Assembly (NCBI GenBank): GCA_963845085.1
Contig: CAWJQI010000004.1
Location: forward strand, 608,001 to 672,000
From: Candidatus Fermentibacterota bacterium
GTDB taxonomy: Bacteria; Fermentibacterota; Fermentibacteria; Fermentibacterales; JCC-6
Length of the DNA: 64,000 nucleotides
Direction of reading: 5' to 3'
Both the position numbers and the translations under genes were made by a program. This document shows positions 59,982-64,000 of the stretch, piece by piece. The number at the start of each line of letters is the position of its first letter. The first letter of the stretch is position 1. Under the pieces are notes generated by a model. The model saw only the letters and a list, made by a program, of their open reading frames with translations, was not told the origin of the DNA and searched no databases.

Positions 59982-62234
59982 ATGAGGAGTAACGCTGTTC
60001 CATTGTTCGCGGCATTGTTGCTGCCGTCGGTTTTGTCAGGCGCGGAGGTTTACTACTGCGCCTCCGACTTCGTCAACCCAGTCCAGGTGATTTCCGAGGG
60101 CGGCGGGTCAACCGTCATCAGGTTCACGGCCGGTGAACTCACGGGCGGTCAGATACTGCTCGACGGCTTCGGCCCGGGGACAATCTTCAGCATGCAGGGG
60201 GGAGGGGTGTCTGGAGAGATCGGCTACCCCGAGCTCCCGGTCGTCAGGAGGATGGTCAGGGTTCCTTCCGACGGCGAAGTCACCATCGAAATCCTTGATC
60301 ACGACCATGCGGAGCTTGGCACGTTCACAATTCCTCCCATGCAGCCTCTCCCCCTGCGCGAAGGCGGCGATGCACCGCTCCGGATAGCGCAATCCTTCTA
60401 TGACGGATGCGACGCTTATCCAGCGGCACCTGTCGTGCTTGAATCCACATGCATACTGAGGGACATAAGGGTAGCCTGGATAAGCTTTTACCCCGTATGC
60501 TGGAACCCGTCCGACGGCAGGGCCGTAGTCAACACCAGCGTTACCGCAAGGGTCACCGCCGGCAGCGGGCATGGTGAAAACGAGCTTGCAAGGCCGTTCA
60601 CCGGCATCACCCGCAGTTTTGTACCGTCCTACGACGGTGTTCTCGGCTTTCCGGAGAGGGATGGGGTCGACATCATCGACGGCAGCTACCTTGTGATCTC
60701 CTCCGAGGAGGGTCTCGGGCTGGCCCAGGAGCTCATCGACTGGAAGTTCAGAAAGGGTCTTGAAGTCGTCACAGCAGCAGTTCCCGAAATCGGCGACACC
60801 GCCTCCGAGATCGACGCCTGGATCGAGAACGCCTACAACACGTGGACCAATCCGCCCGAGTACATCCTGATTGTCGGAGATTCCTACGTGGTTCCCTCCC
60901 CTGTCTACAACAACCACTCGGCCGACAACATCTACGGTGTGATAGGGTCGGGATGTGTTCCGTCCATCCATGTGGGAAGAATCACGGGAAGCGACTCGGA
61001 GGACCTTGCGTACGAGTCCTGGAAGATCGTTCGGCACGAGATGGACCCGTACGAACCATCCATGAGCTGGTTCGAGAGGGGGATAAGCGTTGGTCATACC
61101 CAGTTCGCAGCCAACTCCCACGAGTACGTCGAGTTCATGGAGTACGCGGGGATGACGGTGACGTGGTTCTGCAGCACCGGCGGGATAACCCCCACCATCG
61201 ACAACCTCACGGAAAGCCTGAACGGCGGGTGCTCAATGTTTGGCATCTGCGGCCACGGTGACCTGACGCACATCATTCCCCCCGGTTTCAGCAACGACAA
61301 TGTGGCCGCCCTCCAGAACGGGCGGCGGCTGGGATGGTGGGTTCTTGTCGCATGCGACACGGGCAGGTTCCACAATGCGTACTGCTTCAGCGAAGCCCTC
61401 ATGAGCGAGGGCGACACTACCGACGTCAAGGGCGCCATCGGTGTGATGAGCCCCACGACCAACAGCCCCATCGGCGCTGCCGATTCCCTCGGGAAATGGA
61501 TCTTCGAGGGATATTTCGTGTCGGGCATGCGCCATCTGGGCGCGGTAACGGACTGGGCCAAGGGCGAGGTGTTCGCCTACTTCGGTTCCAGCGGCGTTGA
61601 CAACGACCACATGCACATGGTCTACGGGTGCCCCGAGCTTGACATCTTCTACGTTCCCTCACCCCTCACCCCGATAGTCTGCAACCACCCCGACCCCGTT
61701 GTGCCCGGCATTCACACCTTCACCGTGACTGCGGCAGGCCAGCCCGCCGGGGACATACTGGTGGCGGTGATGATTGAGGACACGGTGTCAGGGGTCTGGA
61801 TGGAGTCGGGGTACACCGATGCCTCGGGCACAATAACCTTCGACATCCCCGAGTTCACCGAGGGAAGCGCATCCTGCGTCACTGCAACAGGTATGAACCT
61901 CTACCCGTACCTTTCCGATGCACTGACAGGAACAGCCGAAGACCCTGTGGCCCAGGCAGGCGCACCTCTCTTCAGGATCTCGCCGGTGCCGAGCGACGGG
62001 CCTCTTCTGATCGAGTACGACCTTGCTGAAGGCGGCCTTGTTGACATTGCCGTCTACGACATATCGGGGCGTGTTGTGGCAAGGCCGGCAAGCGGCGTTT
62101 TCGAGGCCGGAAGGCATTCCTGCCTGTGGGGCGGGGCGTCGGACGACGGAAGTCCCCTTGCCCCGGGTGTGTACTTCTGCAGGCTTTCCGCCGGGCAGGA
62201 AGTGCTGTCGCGACGAATGGTCCTTGTCAGGTAG
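59982..62234 (+). CDS. C25 (gingipain-like) cysteine peptidase with propeptide and FlgD/T9SS-type CTD
   Basis: G.PELP propeptide; YILIVGD, VGRI, GHG, VAC.TG.F, FSEA, GAIG; CTD YDISGRVV...PGVYFCRL...RRMVLVR. Confidence 0.88.
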   Translation: MRSNAVPLFAALLLPSVLSGAEVYYCASDFVNPVQVISEGGGSTVIRFTAGELTGGQILLDGFGPGTIFSMQGGGVSGEIGYPELPVVRRMVRVPSDGEVTIEILDHDHAELGTFTIPPMQPLPLREGGDAPLRIAQSFYDGCDAYPAAPVVLESTCILRDIRVAWISFYPVCWNPSDGRAVVNTSVTARVTAGSGHGENELARPFTGITRSFVPSYDGVLGFPERDGVDIIDGSYLVISSEEGLGLAQELIDWKFRKGLEVVTAAVPEIGDTASEIDAWIENAYNTWTNPPEYILIVGDSYVVPSPVYNNHSADNIYGVIGSGCVPSIHVGRITGSDSEDLAYESWKIVRHEMDPYEPSMSWFERGISVGHTQFAANSHEYVEFMEYAGMTVTWFCSTGGITPTIDNLTESLNGGCSMFGICGHGDLTHIIPPGFSNDNVAALQNGRRLGWWVLVACDTGRFHNAYCFSEALMSEGDTTDVKGAIGVMSPTTNSPIGAADSLGKWIFEGYFVSGMRHLGAVTDWAKGEVFAYFGSSGVDNDHMHMVYGCPELDIFYVPSPLTPIVCNHPDPVVPGIHTFTVTAAGQPAGDILVAVMIEDTVSGVWMESGYTDASGTITFDIPEFTEGSASCVTATGMNLYPYLSDALTGTAEDPVAQAGAPLFRISPVPSDGPLLIEYDLAEGGLVDIAVYDISGRVVARPASGVFEAGRHSCLWGGASDDGSPLAPGVYFCRLSAGQEVLSRRMVLVR

Positions 62235-62246
62235 TCCCTGGAGCCC

Positions 62247-62271
62247 CTCCGGGGAGATGAACCCCCCGGAG
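62247..62271. terminator. Hairpin between convergent genes
   Basis: CTCCGGGG-N9-CCCCGGAG. Confidence 0.55.
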
Positions 62272-62276
62272 AAAGG

Positions 62277-63452
62277 TCAGTCCAGAGCCTTCAGAACAAG
62301 CGTTTTGAGATACCTTCCTTCGGGGAAGGAAAGCGAGTCGGTGTGATCCGGCGCATGTGACAGTTCGTGAAGGATGTGCATGGTGCGCCTGGCTTGGTAC
62401 GCAGCCACCCTGACCGCATGCCTGAAGTCCTCCATCGTGATGCGCCCCGAGCAGGACGATGTGAGCAGCACGCCGTGCTCACGAAGCCTGCCGATGCACT
62501 GCGCATTTACCGACGTGTAGGCTTTCAGCGCCTTTTCCGACGCGCTGCGGGTCTTTGCAAAGGCCGGCGGGTCGCAGACAACAACATCGAACTTCTCCGG
62601 CGTCGTGTACAGGTACTCGAATGCATCGGCGGAGAGGATCTCAACACCGCTGCCGGAAAGACCGTTGGCGCTGAAGTTGTCGAATGCGATTCTGTTCGCC
62701 TTCTCCGATATGTCAACGTTGGTGACATGCGCTGCACCGCTTTTCGCGGCATACACACCGAATGCCCCGGTGTAGGAGAACAGGTTCAAAACGGTTTTTC
62801 CGGGGGTGTATGTGCTTACCGTGCTCCGGGCCGTGCGCTGGTCGAGGAAGAATCCCGTTTTCTGACCCTCCATGACGTCCGCACGGAAAAGCAGACCGTT
62901 CTCGAGAAATTCTGGCAGGCCGGCGAGGGAGCCCTTGAGGATCCGCGCAGGGATGGGCGGCAGCCCTTCGCGCTTCCTCACCTCAAGGTCTGAACGCTCC
63001 ACAATGACCGAAGGGTTCAACACAGCCTCAAGCGCGTCCATTATGGGAGCTCGAAATGCCTCCGCGCTCATGGCGTGGAACTGCACGACAAGGCAGGAAC
63101 CGTACACATCCGCAACAAGGCCAGGGACCATGTCTGCATCGGCATTGACCAGCCTGAAACCGGTGGTGTTCGCCGGAAGCAACGATTTTTTGTAACCGAT
63201 CAGGCGGGAGAAGCGTTTTTGAAAGTAGGCTTGGTCGAGAACCACCTCTTCGCGATCGATCATCCGCACACGAATGTCACAGCGGGGATTGATTATGCCT
63301 GTACCGAGAAAAACCTTGTCGTATGAGTAGACGTTCACCTGCTCACCGGCTGCAGGGGAATCCCCTCCGGCGATGCCCTGTGAGAAAACCCAGGGGTGCC
63401 CGGCTTTGACGGGCGTTTCCCTTCCTTTTGCGAGAATTATCGTTTTCGGCAT
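62277..63452 (-). CDS. rlmI: RlmI-type SAM-dependent rRNA methyltransferase
   Basis: GHPWVF PUA domain, GQKTGFFLDQR, LNLFSYTG, DPPAFAK, SSCS, YLK. Confidence 0.88.
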   Translation of the reverse strand: MPKTIILAKGRETPVKAGHPWVFSQGIAGGDSPAAGEQVNVYSYDKVFLGTGIINPRCDIRVRMIDREEVVLDQAYFQKRFSRLIGYKKSLLPANTTGFRLVNADADMVPGLVADVYGSCLVVQFHAMSAEAFRAPIMDALEAVLNPSVIVERSDLEVRKREGLPPIPARILKGSLAGLPEFLENGLLFRADVMEGQKTGFFLDQRTARSTVSTYTPGKTVLNLFSYTGAFGVYAAKSGAAHVTNVDISEKANRIAFDNFSANGLSGSGVEILSADAFEYLYTTPEKFDVVVCDPPAFAKTRSASEKALKAYTSVNAQCIGRLREHGVLLTSSCSGRITMEDFRHAVRVAAYQARRTMHILHELSHAPDHTDSLSFPEGRYLKTLVLKALD

Positions 63453-63514
63453 GGTTCCGATCCTGCATCCGTTCACTTCAGGATGGTGTCAAAACACTCC
63501 CTGCACTCAGGCGG

Positions 63515-64000
63515 CTATCCTATGAACGCCATCGCCTGGTCGAGATCGGCAATCAGGTCGTTCACATCTTCGATGCCCACGGAGTAGCGCACAAGGTCAT
63601 CGGTGATGCCGGCCCTGAGTTTCGCATCCGCACTGACTTTCGCATGCGTCATTGAGGCAGGGTGCTGTATGAGCGTCTCGACCCCGCCCAGCGAAACCGC
63701 GAGCGTCGCGAGTTCTACCCTGTCCATCAGGATCCTGCCTGCCTCGAACCCGCCCTTCATTCCGAATGAGATCATCGCCCCGGCGCCCTTCTGCTGCCTC
63801 AGCGCCAGCTCGTGCTGGGGATGCGAGGGAAGCCCGGGATACCTCACCCACGCCACCGCGGGGTGTGCTTCAAGATGTTGCGCGATCTTCTCTGCATTGG
63901 CCTGGGCGCGTTCAATCCTGACCGAGAGCGTCTTGAGCCCCCGGATCACGAGGAACGCCTGGTGGGGGTCCATGTTGGGGCCCATGCTCGTCATGACGTT
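63515..64000 (-). CDS. Methionine gamma-lyase / Cys-Met metabolism PLP enzyme, C-terminal part (5' outside window)
   Basis: RGLKTL, YPGLPSHPQH, AVSLGGVETLIQHPASMTH, LVRYSVGIE. Confidence 0.88.
   Translation of the reverse strand, partial: NVMTSMGPNMDPHQAFLVIRGLKTLSVRIERAQANAEKIAQHLEAHPAVAWVRYPGLPSHPQHELALRQQKGAGAMISFGMKGGFEAGRILMDRVELATLAVSLGGVETLIQHPASMTHAKVSADAKLRAGITDDLVRYSVGIEDVNDLIADLDQAMAFIG

Overview
GC-rich, gene-dense bacterial window, most consistent with an FCB-superphylum candidate lineage such as Ca. Fermentibacteria (Hyd24-12). This is inferred from the T9SS/FlgD-type C-terminal domains, a PorV-family barrel, a C25 gingipain-like protease, a 'QTDWSGG' FG-GAP protein and a C-terminal SWGxIK motif. 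Housekeeping blocks include prfA-prmC-ispG-glnA, nth-rnd, tadA-pepP-nitroreductase-hsp20-tldE/tldD-degP, gltX-tRNA-Glu, lexA-HAD-phosphoesterase-ABC-F, ComEA/MBL-sugar permeases-porV-tRNA-fMet, and rlmI with a partial methionine gamma-lyase. Two visibly lower-GC accessory segments lie at tRNA 3' ends. The first (about 32.1-37.2 kb, by tRNA-Glu) holds an IS3 scar and two decayed T9SS cargo genes. The second (about 50.1-57.5 kb, by tRNA-fMet) holds an IS3 scar, a decayed hybrid kinase, TspO and a Ni/Co transporter. Three tRNAs are present; no rRNA, CRISPR array or intact transposase/integrase was seen. The best candidate for an under-described system is a two-tier C-terminal secretion/sorting scheme: long T9SS-like CTDs alongside a short SWGxIK tail, with PorV, a C25 protease and a transglutaminase-like cargo nearby. 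All assignments come from motif recognition by eye, with no database searches.
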